Shown here piece by piece: positions 9,684 through 20,698 of a DNA stretch of 64,000 nt. The stretch covers positions 1-64,000 of the forward strand of contig CAWAXX010000009.1 in the NCBI GenBank assembly GCA_963786105.1, in the 5' to 3' direction. The DNA is from Vulcanimicrobiota bacterium. GTDB lineage: Bacteria; Vulcanimicrobiota; Vulcanimicrobiia; Vulcanimicrobiales; Vulcanimicrobiaceae. Made by a program: the position numbers and the translations under genes. The notes beneath the pieces are model-generated. The model made no database searches and was not told the DNA's origin. It saw only the letters and a program-made list of their open reading frames with translations. The stretch's first letter is position 1. Every line of letters begins with the position of its first letter.

Positions 9684-10146
9684 ACGTCACCGTCCGCGCG
9701 GCTTCGAGCGGCGCCGACCAAGCCTTCGTCGCCGATCTTGGCCGGAGGACCGCGGGCGACAGCGTGTCGTCGCTTTCGGCCCGCGCCTCGAGCGGCGATC
9801 GAAGACGCGCTGGATCGCTTGTTCGACAACGGTCGCCGCGCAGTCGCACCGGGCGCTGATTGCAGAGTGCGACGGGGAGCGCGCCGGATTCGCGCTGCTG
9901 CTCGTCGGTCTGCCCGACGACGTCACGTCGCTGCCGCAAGGATTCGTCGCGTACATGGCCGTCGAGCCGTCGCTGCGGGGACGCGGCGTCGGCGCGGCGC
10001 TCCTTGCGGCCGCCGAAGATGAGGCGAGACGGCGCGGTTTGCCGTATATGGCCTTAATGGTCACCGAAGAGAACGCGGCGGCGCGAGCGCTGTACGAACG
10101 TGCCGGGTACGTCACCGAGCGGCGTCTTCTGTGCAAGGCGCTATGA
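9680..10146 (+). CDS. GNAT acetyltransferase (frameshifted)
   Basis: C-terminus MAVEPSLRGRGVGAALL...NAAARALYERAGY; N-terminus split over other frames. Confidence 0.75.
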
Positions 10147-11217
10147 ACGCCGATCTGTGGCGGCGCATCGGTTGGATCTCGGCCGCGGTCGTCGTCGCGG
10201 TGTTGGTGCTTCTGGTTCGCCGAGCACATTCCGCGCACGCTCACGATCTTCACGATCGCCGCGTTCATCGCGTTCGGCGTCGGACCGGTGGCGCATCGCC
10301 TCGAGCGGCGCATGCCCAAGCCGCTGGCCATCACCGTCGTGTTTGCCGCGCTCATCCTGCTGATCGCGGTCGGCATGGTGATCGTGGTGCCGCTGACGAT
10401 CGATCAAATGCAACTCTTGGCGAGCAACCTGCCGGGATACGCGACGACCGCGCAGAGCTGGCTGACCGGCGCCGAGAGTTCGCTGAACCAGCATTTTCCG
10501 CAGTTGCATCTGCCCGCGGAAGGGATCAACATGAGCGCGCTCGGCGGCGCGAAGACGGCGAGCATCGTCAGCGGCGTGCTCGCGTCGCTCGGAGCGATCG
10601 CCGTCAACACCGCCACCGCGTTCTTCGTGGCATTCTCGGCCATCATTCTCTCGTTTTTCTTCCTGCTCAACGACTCACAAATCAGCGAGTGGTTCGCCGG
10701 CATGTTCCCGTCGGGAAAACGCGAAACGGCGCGCAAGCTCGCGGCCGAGGTGACGCAGGTGTTCGGCAGCTACATTTCCGGGCAGATCATCGTCAGCGCC
10801 ATCACCGGCATCGTCATCGCGATCCTGTCGGCGGCGATCGGGTTCAAGTTCTCGCTCATCCTCGGAATCGTGAGCGGCGTCGCCTACGCAATTCCGATCA
10901 TCGGCATGCTGGTCGCAGAAATCGTCGCCGTGCCGCTGTGTTTGCCGCAAGGCCTGTGGATGGTCGTCTGGGTGCAGGTCATTATGTTCGGCATGGCCCG
11001 CATCAGCGACAACGTCCTGGTTCCGAAAATCATGGGCGAATCGGTCGGCGTCTCACCGATCGGGGCGATGTTCGCCATCTTCGCCGGCGGCGAGCTGTTC
11101 GGGATCCCGGGGTTGATTCTCGGAATCCCGGTCGCCGCGCTCATCAAAATTCTCTGGCGCTATTTCATGGCACCGTGGTTGCACGCGCAAATGGATAGAG
11201 GCTCCGCGTCATCGTGA
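10143..11217 (+). CDS. AI-2E family transporter (frameshift ~10220)
   Basis: YISGQII, DNVLVPKIMG...GVSP, GGELFGIPGLILGIP. Confidence 0.88.
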
Positions 11218-11237
11218 GTAGAGGTGACGCCTAGCTT

Positions 11238-11470
11238 TGTCATCCTGAGCGGAGCGCCGTAGGCGCGCAGTCGAAGGAGCGCGAGCGACGTTACGCGCGC
11301 GACCTTCGGGACGTTCGCGTTTTCGCTCCGTGCGAAAACGCTACTCAGCGGCGCGTCGCTCTCGGCATCCATGCCTCCGCTCCGCGTCCAGACGCCCTCA
11401 GATCGGCGCGCGAACGTCGCTTGCTGTCCTTCGACTGCGCTCGCTAACGCTCGCTGTGCTCAGGATGACA
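11238..11470. repeat. Composite REP/REPIN-like element: two inverted copies of the 41-bp repeat around an inner inverted repeat
   Basis: tgtcatcctgagcggagcg...gtcgaagga at 11238-11278 and its inverse at 11427-11470. Confidence 0.8.
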
Positions 11471-11479
11471 TTTGGAGTG

Positions 11480-12163
11480 TTAGCTGCCGGGGTAGTGGTA
11501 GCGCATGACCTTCGTGAGATCGATGCCGCGGATGATGCCGTTGGTGTGATAGAGCAATCCCCAGGAGTCGATCGACGACACGTCGGGTAGGACGCACGCT
11601 TCGAGCGTTTGATCGATCGAGTTTTTCTTGTACCACCCGCCGCCGGCTCCGGATTGACCGATCTCGGCGCCGCCGAGCACGAAGGCGCAGTAGCACGAAG
11701 CGGGGTTGCCTTGGCACGAACCGCTCGGCGGTTTCAGAATGTACGCGAGGGCAGCGAGAGTCGGCTTCGTGGTGTAGAGCGTCGACAGTAAAATGTGGAT
11801 CCGCGAGCTGGAGCTGCCTTTGCCCTTGGTGTATTGGCAGAAACGCTTAACGCCGGCGAGCGTCAGCGGGTTCGAGCCGTTCGACCCGTAGACGGCGACG
11901 CGCCGCTCGACCACGCCTTTGGTCTTCACGCAATACGCCGCCGCGGCGGTTTCGTTCGGGTCGGTGTCATCGGGAATCGTGATGTTCGCGTCCAGGCCTT
12001 GCGGCATTCGCGCCGCCAACGGCTGGCGCAGATTCGAACTCGATGCGACGCCGGTGTTCGCGCCCGACGCGAGCCCTGCCGGCGATTGGCTGCCGACGTT
12101 CCCGCCGCATGCCGAGAAGACGACGGCGCAAACGGTTGCGGTCGCCGCGATGGAAAGCTTCAT
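11480..12163 (-). CDS. Lipoprotein with DUF333-like Cys motifs
   Basis: Lipobox FSAC; AAAYCVKTKG, NPASCYC...GG, CVLPD...DSW. Confidence 0.65.
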   Translation of the reverse strand: MKLSIAATATVCAVVFSACGGNVGSQSPAGLASGANTGVASSSNLRQPLAARMPQGLDANITIPDDTDPNETAAAAYCVKTKGVVERRVAVYGSNGSNPLTLAGVKRFCQYTKGKGSSSSRIHILLSTLYTTKPTLAALAYILKPPSGSCQGNPASCYCAFVLGGAEIGQSGAGGGWYKKNSIDQTLEACVLPDVSSIDSWGLLYHTNGIIRGIDLTKVMRYHYPGS

Positions 12164-12249
12164 TAACGTGCTCCTATGAGAATTGCGAGGTCGCGTCCAT
12201 CGAATGGACCGATCGCCAACGTACTTCGGGAGCGCGCTGCGATGCCCAT

Positions 12250-13992
12250 TTATTCCGAGCCGCCGGCGACCGCGAGGCCGTCGTCGTAGCGCACCGGTTT
12301 CGCGCACGTCCGCGCGACGCTCAGCCGATGCGCGTTAAACGTTGCCGGGCGATCGTTTTCGGCGACGGCGACGAGCAGAACGCGTTGGTCCCGCGCGGAC
12401 GTGCACGGCGTCGCGTCCGGCAGGTCGATGGTGCGAGTCGACGGAGCAAGCACGTTGACGACGCCGGCGCGCAGCCCCCAGCCGCCGATGCCCGAAGGCT
12501 GCGTCTTGGCAATCCATCCGTAGATTCCCGGCGCTTTCCCGTCGACGCGCAGCGCGTCGACGTAGTAGTCGACCGGATGTCGCGCGGCCAAGTGGGTCGC
12601 GAGGACGACGGCGAGTGCAAACCCGGCGGCGAGCGGCCACTGCCAACGCAAAGCCCGCGCTGCGATAACGTTGACCACCGCCACCAGCGCGATGACGATC
12701 GCTACGTGCGTTCCCGAGTCGTTCCAAAAAATCGCGAGCACCGAAGCGGCTCCGAAGATCGCCGACGCGATGAAGACGGCGCCGGCGAGCCACGGTGCGC
12801 GGGCCGCCGGTCGCGCGAGTAACAGCGCGCCGAGCGCGATCGCGGGCGCGGCGTAACGCAGCGACGCGCCGGTTTCGAGTTGCGGATGCTGGTCGGCATA
12901 CGCCAGCGGCATGATCGCAAATGCGAGCACCGCCGCCAACGCCGCCCAACCCAACGCGCGCCGGTTTTCGGGCGCGAGCAACGGTCCGGCCACGGCCGCG
13001 AGCAGTGCCAAGAAGGCGAACGGCGACGCGTGCCACGTTACGGCAGCCAAGAGCATTAATGCCTGCGCGCCGTGTGCGACGATCGTCGATTGCCAGGTGT
13101 TACCGGACGACGTGCTGGCGGGCGCGACGATGGACGCATGCCACAATACCGCATCGTGGAGCACCCACAGGGCGATGGCAACCGCGCCGGCGATCCAGAC
13201 TTTCAGCGGCGCTTTGGCCGTCGTCGCGGCGATCGCGGCGAAAATCCATCCGTACGGCTTGAGCAGCACCGTCACCGCGATCGTGCGCGCCGCCGCCGAC
13301 GGTTCGCGCCGAATCGTCCACAGCGCTTCGAGAAAAAACGCCGCGAGCCAGCCGTCGTTTTGCAACGTTGCGGCTTGCAGGGCAATCGGAGCGACGGTGA
13401 CGGTCGCGGCCGCCAGTGCGTCGGCGACCCATGCCGGTACGGCAAACTCGTCGCGCGCCCACTCGATCGTGCGAAAACCGAGCAGCGCGAGCGCACCAAA
13501 CCCGCTCCATCCGAGCGCGAACGGTCCGGCAACGGCAAACAACCCCGAAGCGAAGAGCTCCGAGCCGGGCGGATACCACCAGTAACGCGGGTCGGTGGTC
13601 CACAGGCTTCGCGCGTGCACCCACGCGGCGGCATTGGGCAGGTGGTAGGAGAGCGAGTCTCCGTCGAGCAGCGGCCGCATCAGCGGCGGCCAAGCGATCA
13701 GCGCCAACGCGGCGATCAGGAGATACGGCGGTGGCGGTGGCGGCTGCGGGTCGCGCTCGGGCCGCGGACCGCGCCGCCGATAGGCGATCGCCACGCAAGC
13801 CGCCAGCGCAAGCCAGCACGCAATAGGATAAAGCCCGTGAACTAAGCCGAGGACGAAGGGAATCGATACGCCTAAAATCAGCGCGTCGCGAATGCGGTCG
13901 GCGAACGTGTAGCGCGTGCTCGTTCGCAGCGCCGATGCGGCCGCGAAGAGTCCAACCAGCCAGAGGGCGGCGAAGATGCCGGACGACGGCAA
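12250..13992 (-). CDS. Polytopic membrane protein, possibly GT-C glycosyltransferase-like
   Basis: More than 12 TM segments; DSLSYHLP...W and YPP loop motifs. Confidence 0.55.
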   Translation of the reverse strand: MPSSGIFAALWLVGLFAAASALRTSTRYTFADRIRDALILGVSIPFVLGLVHGLYPIACWLALAACVAIAYRRRGPRPERDPQPPPPPPYLLIAALALIAWPPLMRPLLDGDSLSYHLPNAAAWVHARSLWTTDPRYWWYPPGSELFASGLFAVAGPFALGWSGFGALALLGFRTIEWARDEFAVPAWVADALAAATVTVAPIALQAATLQNDGWLAAFFLEALWTIRREPSAAARTIAVTVLLKPYGWIFAAIAATTAKAPLKVWIAGAVAIALWVLHDAVLWHASIVAPASTSSGNTWQSTIVAHGAQALMLLAAVTWHASPFAFLALLAAVAGPLLAPENRRALGWAALAAVLAFAIMPLAYADQHPQLETGASLRYAAPAIALGALLLARPAARAPWLAGAVFIASAIFGAASVLAIFWNDSGTHVAIVIALVAVVNVIAARALRWQWPLAAGFALAVVLATHLAARHPVDYYVDALRVDGKAPGIYGWIAKTQPSGIGGWGLRAGVVNVLAPSTRTIDLPDATPCTSARDQRVLLVAVAENDRPATFNAHRLSVARTCAKPVRYDDGLAVAGGSE

Positions 13993-13998
13993 CGCCGG

Positions 13999-15688
13999 TT
14001 ACATCGAATCCGGTGCGCTGACGCCGAGAATTGCGAGCGCGCGCGCCAGGACGTTCTTGGTCGCGACGCACAGCATCAACCGCGCTTGACGCGTCTCGGC
14101 GTCGTCGGTGAGAATCTTGCACTCCGAGTAGAAGGCGTGAAAGTCGGACGCGACGTCGCGCGCGTATCGCGCGAGCCGGTGGGGTGCGAGATGTTCCGCC
14201 ACCCCTTCCACCACGTGCGGGAATTCGACCAAACGCCGAATCAGGGCCAGTTCGGTGGGGTGAACTAATACGCGCACCGGCGTATCGTCTCCGAACGCCG
14301 GCGAATCGCCGGCACCGGCATTGCGCAGCACCGACGCGATCCGCGTGTGTCCGTATTGAACGTAGTACACTGGGTTTTCGTCGTTTCGCGCGACCGCCAG
14401 CGCGAGGTCGAACGTCAGCGGCGACTCCGGCGCCAACATCACGAAGAAAAAGCGTGCCGCGTCGTTGCCGACTTCGTCGAGAATGTCGTCGAGCGTCTCG
14501 ATGTTCCCGGCGCGCTTGCTCATGCTCACCTGCTCGTTGCCGCGCATCAGCGCGATCTGCCCCGAAATTAACACCTCGAGCCGGTCCCGGAATCCCAGGG
14601 CGGCGGCCAGCGCCTTCAGACGCGAGATGTAGCCGTGATGGTCGGGCCCGAGAATGTCGATGGCGAGGTCCGAACGCGAGAGCTTTTCGTAATGGTAGGT
14701 CACGTCCAACGCATAGTACGTCGGGCGGCCGTCGCTGCGAAGGACGACCCGGTCTTTGTCGTCGCCGAAATCAGTCGTGCGGAAGAAGAGCGCACCGTCG
14801 CGTTCGTACGTCAGCCCGAGTTCGCGCAAGCGATCGATGCCCCGGCGGATTTTTCCGGAGTCGTGGAGTTCTTTCTCGCTTTGCCACAGATCGTAGCGAA
14901 CGCCGAAGCGTTCTGCGGTACGCTTCTGGCCGGCGACGATCGCATCGCGGCCGAAGGTTTCGAAGGCGGGCAGCCACTCGCGTTCCGGCGCATTCGTCCA
15001 CCGGTCGCCGTCGCGGTCGTACATCGCGCAGGCGATCGCGAGGAGATACTCGCCGGGATACCCGTCTTCGGGAAAGGGAAACGACGGATCGTCGATTTGC
15101 CGGTAGCGGGCGTAGATCGAACGGCCCAAGCGTTCGATCTGCGCGCCAGCATCGTTGATGATCCACTCGGTAAACACGTCGTAGCCGCAGAAGCGCATCG
15201 CGTTGGCCAGTGCGTCGCCGATCGAGAGCGCGCGCCCTTGCACGACCACGAGCGGACCGGTCGGATTGGCGCTGCCGAATTCGAGCGAGACGCGCTTGGC
15301 GCTTCCGTCCTTGCGCTCGAACGGCGTGGCCGGCGTTTGAGCTTCGCCGGCCAGGCGAACGAGTTCGCGCTGCCAGACGTGCGGCGTAAAGCGAAGGTTG
15401 ATGAAGCCGGCCACCGGCTCGATCGACGCGAACGCGTCGCGTTCCGCGAAGTGCTCGCCGGCGCGTTCGATGAGCGCGCGGGCGACGTCCTGCGGCGAAC
15501 GGCGCGCGAACTTGGCGAGCGAGAACGCGACGTTGGTCGCAAAATCGCCGAACTCAGGACGGCGCGGCGCTTCGAAGAAGACCGCTCGCCGGGGGCGCAT
15601 CCGGATAGAGCGCGCGAGCCGCCGCGCCGACGGCATCGCCGAACGCGCTCAATGCGATTGCGTGCGGCTCAGCGATGGTACGGCTCAT
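13999..15688 (-). CDS. argS: Arginine--tRNA ligase (frameshift ~15588)
   Basis: SANPTGPL, MSKRAG, NPVYYVQYGH; N-terminus MSRTIAEPHA from ATG 15688 is in another frame. Confidence 0.93.
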
Positions 15689-16130
15689 TCCGTCCGATCT
15701 TCGCCGCGCGATAGAGTTGTTCCAGCACGAGCATGCGCGCCCACTCGTGCAAGAAGGTCAGTTCCGAAAGCGACCAGAGAAACTCCGCGCGCACGCGCAG
15801 CGCGGGATCGGCGCCGTTCGCTCCGGCGATGACGAGGGTCAGCCGCTGCGCGCCGCTGCGTCCGATCTCATCGAGACGGTCTGCCAGCGCGGGGCTCGAG
15901 AGCTGCGTGCCGCTGCGCTCCAGCAGCCATACGCGGTCGTCGGAGCGCAAGTGGCGCGCGATGCGCGCCGCCTCGTCGCGCATGGCGGCACGCGGATCCC
16001 TGCCGTCGCCGGCGCGCACTTCGATCTCCGCGTAGGGATGATACACGCTCAAGCGCTTGCGCAAATCGGCACACGCTTCGGCGACGTACGGCGATCGCAA
16101 GCGATCGACGGCAACGATTCGGACGAGCAC
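15669..16130 (-). CDS. rlmH: 23S rRNA pseudouridine1915 methyltransferase
   Basis: SLSELTFLHEWARMLVLEQLYRA...PYHR. Confidence 0.92.
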   Translation of the reverse strand: MLVRIVAVDRLRSPYVAEACADLRKRLSVYHPYAEIEVRAGDGRDPRAAMRDEAARIARHLRSDDRVWLLERSGTQLSSPALADRLDEIGRSGAQRLTLVIAGANGADPALRVRAEFLWSLSELTFLHEWARMLVLEQLYRAAKIGRNEPYHR

Positions 16131-16155
16131 AGATTCCTAGGGTAGCACGCGGCCG

Positions 16156-17025
16156 CTAATGCACGCGGCACGGCGCGAAGACCGACGCGCCGCGACATTC
16201 GACTTTGCCGTCGAGTTCGAGGATGGCAAGCGCGGCCAGGGCTTCGGCGGGACGAATGTTGGTGGCCGCGACGAGATCGTCAAGGTGCATCGCGCCGGCG
16301 CTCAGAGCGGTGAGTAGCGCCCGGCCGGCGGGATCGTCGCTGCCGGCGTGCCCGTCGTCGAGCGGCGGGGCGTTGGGAAACCCGAGCGCTTCGAGCACGT
16401 CGGCGGCGTTTCGCGCCAGGATGGCGCCGTCGCGAATCAGGGCGAGGCAGCCCTGGACGTGTTTGCGATCGACGTCGCCGGGGACGGCCAGAACCGGCAC
16501 TCGACCGGCGGCCCAGCCCGCCGTATTGAGTGCGCCGCTGCGCGCCGGCGCTTCGACGACGACGACCGCGTCCGCGAGCGCTGCAACCACGCCGTTACGC
16601 GCCAGAAACTGCCACGGCTGGGCGAGCAGGTCGGGCGCGAAGGGCGAAAGCACGGCGCCGCCGGCAGCCGCCATCCGCTCGGCGAGCGGGCGGTTGCGCC
16701 GCGGAAAGAAGCGCCGGTGGCCGCTTCCGAGCACGCCGATCGTAGGGGCGCCGGCGTCCAGTGCGCCCTCGTGAGCCGCTGCGTCGATGCCCAGCGCCAA
16801 CCCGGAAAGAATGCAGCAGCCGCAGGCGCCGAGTTGGGCGGCGAACTCGCGGGCGATGCGCTTTCCCAACGGAGTGGCCGCGCGGGTGCCGACGATGGCC
16901 ACGCAGGGGCGCCCCAGGCCCGCCAGCGTGCCGACGCACCAAAGGCCGGCCGCCGCCGCCTCGAACGGGCGTTTGCCGCGAGCCGCCCGGATCCGCTCGG
17001 CGCTCTCGAACACCGGTTCGTCCAC
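16156..17025 (-). CDS. dprA: DNA processing protein DprA
   Basis: AIVGTR, SGLALGID, FLARN, EAPARSGAL. Confidence 0.93.
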   Translation of the reverse strand: MDEPVFESAERIRAARGKRPFEAAAAGLWCVGTLAGLGRPCVAIVGTRAATPLGKRIAREFAAQLGACGCCILSGLALGIDAAAHEGALDAGAPTIGVLGSGHRRFFPRRNRPLAERMAAAGGAVLSPFAPDLLAQPWQFLARNGVVAALADAVVVVEAPARSGALNTAGWAAGRVPVLAVPGDVDRKHVQGCLALIRDGAILARNAADVLEALGFPNAPPLDDGHAGSDDPAGRALLTALSAGAMHLDDLVAATNIRPAEALAALAILELDGKVECRGASVFAPCRVH

Positions 17026-17141
17026 CTTCGGGCCTTCACGCGCGCTTGAGGAGCGGCAAGACCCTGCGGCGTTGCCGAGGGCTCCCAGGGGGAATCGGCC
17101 GGGCCCACGGGAATAGGCAGGCCGACACGGAGGTACCCGAG

Positions 17142-17291
17142 GTGGCAGCAGAAGCGTATTGCGTTAAGTGCAAGACGAAGCGTGAGATCAAAGACGCCGT
17201 TCAGATCACGATGAAGAACGGGCGTCCCGCGACCGAAGGCAAATGCCCGGTTTGCGGCACGAAGATGTTCAAGATCGGCGCGGCGAGCTAG
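17142..17291 (+). CDS. Small zinc-ribbon protein (DUF5679-like)
   Basis: AYCVKCK...GKCPVCGTKMFKIG, SD GGAGG, followed by a terminator. Confidence 0.8.
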   Translation: MAAEAYCVKCKTKREIKDAVQITMKNGRPATEGKCPVCGTKMFKIGAAS

Positions 17292-17332
17292 ATAAGTTAG
17301 CGCTCGCTCGCCCGTCATTCTTAGACGTGCTG

Positions 17333-17359
17333 AAAGGACCGCCATTGGCGGTCCTTTTT
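17333..17359 (+). terminator. Intrinsic terminator
   Basis: aaaggaccgcc-att-ggcggtcc-ttttt. Confidence 0.85.
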
Positions 17360-17380
17360 GCGAGGCTACCGATAGTGACG

Positions 17381-17409
17381 TATAATACGAGGACCCACTA
17401 CATATTGGG
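17381..17409 (+). promoter_or_regulatory. -10 box and NrdR-box operator
   Basis: TATAAT at 17381; CCCACTACATATTGGG at 17394-17409 resembles the NrdR box (acaCwAtATaTwGtgt). Confidence 0.65.
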
Positions 17410-17433
17410 CATGGCCCGATTGAGAGTTTTCGT

Positions 17434-17886
17434 CTGACCTGTCCGACCTGCCGCAAGAGCGAGACCCGCGTCGTCGATTCGCGCGACGACGAGACCGTGG
17501 TCCGCCGGCGCCGCGAGTGCTTGGATCCGCGCTGCAAGCACCGGTTTACCACCTACGAACGGATGGAATCGCCGCGGCTCTTCGTGGTCAAGAAAGACGG
17601 GCGGCGCGAGCAGTACAACCGGGAGAAGATTCTGGGCGGCCTGCGCAAGGCGTGCGAGAAGCGCCCGATTTCCGAGAATCAAATGGAGGCCGTCGCCGCC
17701 GACCTCGAGCGAGAGCTTTTTGCGCGCGGCGAAAGCGAGGTCGCATCGACCCTGGTCGGCGAGAAGCTCATGGAATCGCTCAAGCGACTCGATCCGGTGG
17801 CGTACATTCGTTTTGCCAGCGTGTACCGGTCATTCCGCGACATCGAGAGCTTCCGGGAAGAGTTGGCGGCGTTGCTTGCCAAGTGA
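17434..17886 (+). CDS. nrdR: Transcriptional repressor NrdR (CTG start inferred)
   Basis: CPTC...VVDSR...RRRREC...RFTTYER, ATP cone, VAYIRFASVY. Confidence 0.95.
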   Translation: MTCPTCRKSETRVVDSRDDETVVRRRRECLDPRCKHRFTTYERMESPRLFVVKKDGRREQYNREKILGGLRKACEKRPISENQMEAVAADLERELFARGESEVASTLVGEKLMESLKRLDPVAYIRFASVYRSFRDIESFREELAALLAK

Positions 17887-17892
17887 ACGGCG

Positions 17893-18357
17893 ATGACTGC
17901 CGTACGCGTGGCGTTCAAACGTCTTCCGGAAGGCGATGGCCTACCGCTGCCGTCGTATATGAGCGAGCACGCCGCCGGTGCGGACGTGTTTGCGGCGGTT
18001 GCTGACGAGCTGACGCTGCTCCCCGGCGCACGCGCGCTCGTGCCGACGGGTTTCTCCATCGCGCTGCCGATCGGATACGAGGCACAAGTGCGTCCTCGCA
18101 GCGGCCTGGCGATTCGCAGCGGCGTCACGTGTCTCAACTCGCCCGGCACGATCGACGCCGACTACCGCGGACACGTCCGGGTCGTACTTGCGAACTTAGG
18201 GACGGAGCCGTTCGTCGTTCGGCGTGGCGATCGCATCGCTCAAATCGTCGTGGCGCCGGTGTCGCGCGCCTCGTTCGAACTCGTCGACGAGCTGCCGGCG
18301 TCCGAGCGCGGTAGCGGCGGATTCGGTTCGACGGATCGATCGGGCAACCGAGCGTGA
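17893..18357 (+). CDS. dut: dUTP diphosphatase
   Basis: [29 protein letters not shown]. Confidence 0.96.
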   Translation: MTAVRVAFKRLPEGDGLPLPSYMSEHAAGADVFAAVADELTLLPGARALVPTGFSIALPIGYEAQVRPRSGLAIRSGVTCLNSPGTIDADYRGHVRVVLANLGTEPFVVRRGDRIAQIVVAPVSRASFELVDELPASERGSGGFGSTDRSGNRA

Positions 18358-19337
18358 AAATCTACATCGTCGGCAAGGGTGCGGTCGGAACGTATTTCGG
18401 CGATCAGCTGCGCTCGGTGGGTCTCGAGGTCGAGTACGCACCGCGGTCGATCGACGACCTCCGCTCGACGTACGACGCCGACGTGGCGCTGGTAGCGACG
18501 AAGTCCTACGACACCGACTCCGCGATCGAAACCTTACGCCGCGCGATCGCGCATCCGGAGAAATGCGTCTTCGTGTGCCCGCAGAACGGCGTCGGTAACG
18601 AGGAGAAGCTGGCCGCCGCGTTCGGCGCCGACAACGTGGTCGCGGCCGCGCTGACCACCCCGGTCGGCCGGGACCGCGACGGCAACGTGAAGCTCACGAA
18701 CGAAGGCGGTTTGGCGCTGGCACCGGTAGGGTCGAACGCCTACAACTGGCTGGTCGCCACTTTTGCCGGAACCGGTATGAACGTAAAGGTGGTCGAAGAT
18801 TGGCGCGCCCTGAAGTGGAGCAAGCTGGCGCTCAACGTGGTGGCCAATGCGAGTTGCGCGATCTTGAACGTTCTGCCGAACCGGTTGGTCCACTTCGAGA
18901 AGGTCTTTACGCTCGAGATTCGCATGATTCGAGAAGTGCGCGCGGTGATGCAAGCGATGAAAATTACTCCCGTCGACTTGCCGCGCTATCCGGTGCGCGC
19001 GTTGTTCAACGTCGCCATCCTGCCGAGCCCGGTCGCGCGCGGATTGCTGTCGCGAAACATCGTCAGCGCGCGCGGGACGAAGGCGCCGTCGCTGTTGATC
19101 GATTTACGCAACGGCCGGCCCCAAACCGAAGTGGACGTACTTAACGGCGCGGTGGCCGCCGCCGGTCACGAACATCACGTTCCCACGCCGGTCAATGCGA
19201 TCTACTGCCGGGTTCTCGACGACATCGCCCACACACCGCCGCTGTGGGCGAAGTATCGCGAACGTCCCGACCGTCTCGAAGCCGAGGTCCTTGCCGAAAT
19301 GAAGCGGGCCAAGACGCTCGCCCGGGCCAAGGCGTAA
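18354..19337 (+). CDS. Ketopantoate reductase family protein
   Basis: [30 protein letters not shown]. Confidence 0.82.
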   Translation: MKIYIVGKGAVGTYFGDQLRSVGLEVEYAPRSIDDLRSTYDADVALVATKSYDTDSAIETLRRAIAHPEKCVFVCPQNGVGNEEKLAAAFGADNVVAAALTTPVGRDRDGNVKLTNEGGLALAPVGSNAYNWLVATFAGTGMNVKVVEDWRALKWSKLALNVVANASCAILNVLPNRLVHFEKVFTLEIRMIREVRAVMQAMKITPVDLPRYPVRALFNVAILPSPVARGLLSRNIVSARGTKAPSLLIDLRNGRPQTEVDVLNGAVAAAGHEHHVPTPVNAIYCRVLDDIAHTPPLWAKYRERPDRLEAEVLAEMKRAKTLARAKA

Positions 19338-19339
19338 CC

Positions 19340-20185
19340 GTGCGCGACCCCAACGTTCCCGAATCGCTGGAAGGATGGTGGATTCTCCACCGGATGTTTT
19401 CGCTGGACCGACGGACCTGGGACGGGCTGCCGGAGAAGCGCCGCAATAAGTATGCGGTCCACGCGATCGACTTGGTCGACCATCTCAAGAACAGCGACGA
19501 CGGCGACCTCGGCCTGACGCAGATCGTGGGCCATAAGGGCGACCTGATGCTGACGCACTACGCGCGGACGTTCGACGACTTGGCGTACGCCCAGACGCTG
19601 GTCGACAAACTCGAGCTGCGCGAGTTTTTACACCCACTCGGATCGTACGTGTCCGTGCTCGAAATCGGGCTGTACGATGCCACCGGAAAAATTCACGCCG
19701 AGCTGAACGCGCGCGAGCTTCCGCCGCAATCGCCGGAGTGGATCGCCGGCTTCGACGAGCTCGTACGCAAGCAGAAGGAGAATTCGCATATCACCGCGCG
19801 CCTGTGGGCTAAAATTCCGCAGCGCCGGTATACGTGTTTCTATCCGATGAGCAAGCGGCGCGGGGAGGTACAGAACTGGTATATGCTCGGGTTCGACACG
19901 CGCGCCAAAATGATGAGCGAACACGGCGTCGTCGGGCGATCGTACCACGGGCAAGTCACGCAAGTGATCTCCGGCTCGGCCGGCTTCGACGACTTCGAGT
20001 GGGGCGTCGACCTCTACGCCGACGATCCCCTGGTCTTCAAGAAACTCGTGTACGAAATGCGTTTCGACGAGGCCAGCGCGCGCTACGGCGAGTTCGGCGC
20101 GTTCTGGGCCGGCCTTCAGTTCTCACCCGCGGAGCTCTCGGCGTTTCTCAACGGCGACGCCGTCCCGCAACTCATCGCCGAATAA
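19340..20185 (+). CDS. hemQ: Coproheme decarboxylase (chlorite dismutase family)
   Basis: FYPMSKRR...NWY...MMSEHGVVGRSY...DDFEWGVDL...MRFDEASARY. Confidence 0.88.
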   Translation: MRDPNVPESLEGWWILHRMFSLDRRTWDGLPEKRRNKYAVHAIDLVDHLKNSDDGDLGLTQIVGHKGDLMLTHYARTFDDLAYAQTLVDKLELREFLHPLGSYVSVLEIGLYDATGKIHAELNARELPPQSPEWIAGFDELVRKQKENSHITARLWAKIPQRRYTCFYPMSKRRGEVQNWYMLGFDTRAKMMSEHGVVGRSYHGQVTQVISGSAGFDDFEWGVDLYADDPLVFKKLVYEMRFDEASARYGEFGAFWAGLQFSPAELSAFLNGDAVPQLIAE

Positions 20186-20186
20186 A

Positions 20187-20227
20187 TGTCATCCTGAGCG
20201 GAGCGCCTCAGGCGCGCGGTCGAAGGA
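20187..20227 (+). repeat. REP-like 41-bp repeat
   Basis: tgtcatcctgagcggagcgcctcaggcgcgcggtcgaagga, between convergent genes. Confidence 0.8.
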
Positions 20228-20238
20228 CGCGTCACCCA

Positions 20239-20652
20239 TCATAACTTCTTAAAGAAGAATATTTCGGGGTCGCCGGGGTCGAGGTTTTCGAGCCGGCCGA
20301 CCTGTATGAAGCCGCGGTTGGCCAGCAGTCGTTGCATGACGGCATTGGATTGGTTGGTCGAGGTATAGATGCCGTGACCGGCGTTGAGCTGCTCGACCTG
20401 CTCGATGAGTCTTGACGCGACCCCGAGGTGCTGATGGGCCGGGTCGACGCCGAGCATCCACAGAAACGAGCGGGCGTAAAAGCCGCGATCCCATACCGCG
20501 AAGCCGACGATGGCGCCGTCGATCTCGGCCACCAGACATTCCTTCGACCCTAACGCGTGCCGAATAAACGCGAGATGATGCTCGTAATGCAACGCGTGCG
20601 GCATTTTCTCGAGCAGCGGAAACTCGGAAGGAAGGGCTTTTCTTACGCGCAC
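20239..20652 (-). CDS. GNAT acetyltransferase
   Basis: VDPAHQHLGVASRL, TSTNQSN. Confidence 0.8.
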   Translation of the reverse strand: MRVRKALPSEFPLLEKMPHALHYEHHLAFIRHALGSKECLVAEIDGAIVGFAVWDRGFYARSFLWMLGVDPAHQHLGVASRLIEQVEQLNAGHGIYTSTNQSNAVMQRLLANRGFIQVGRLENLDPGDPEIFFFKKL

Positions 20653-20698
20653 GTCTCGTCGCTGCGACGGCTTGATTCGGCTTCCCTGTCACGCAGTC

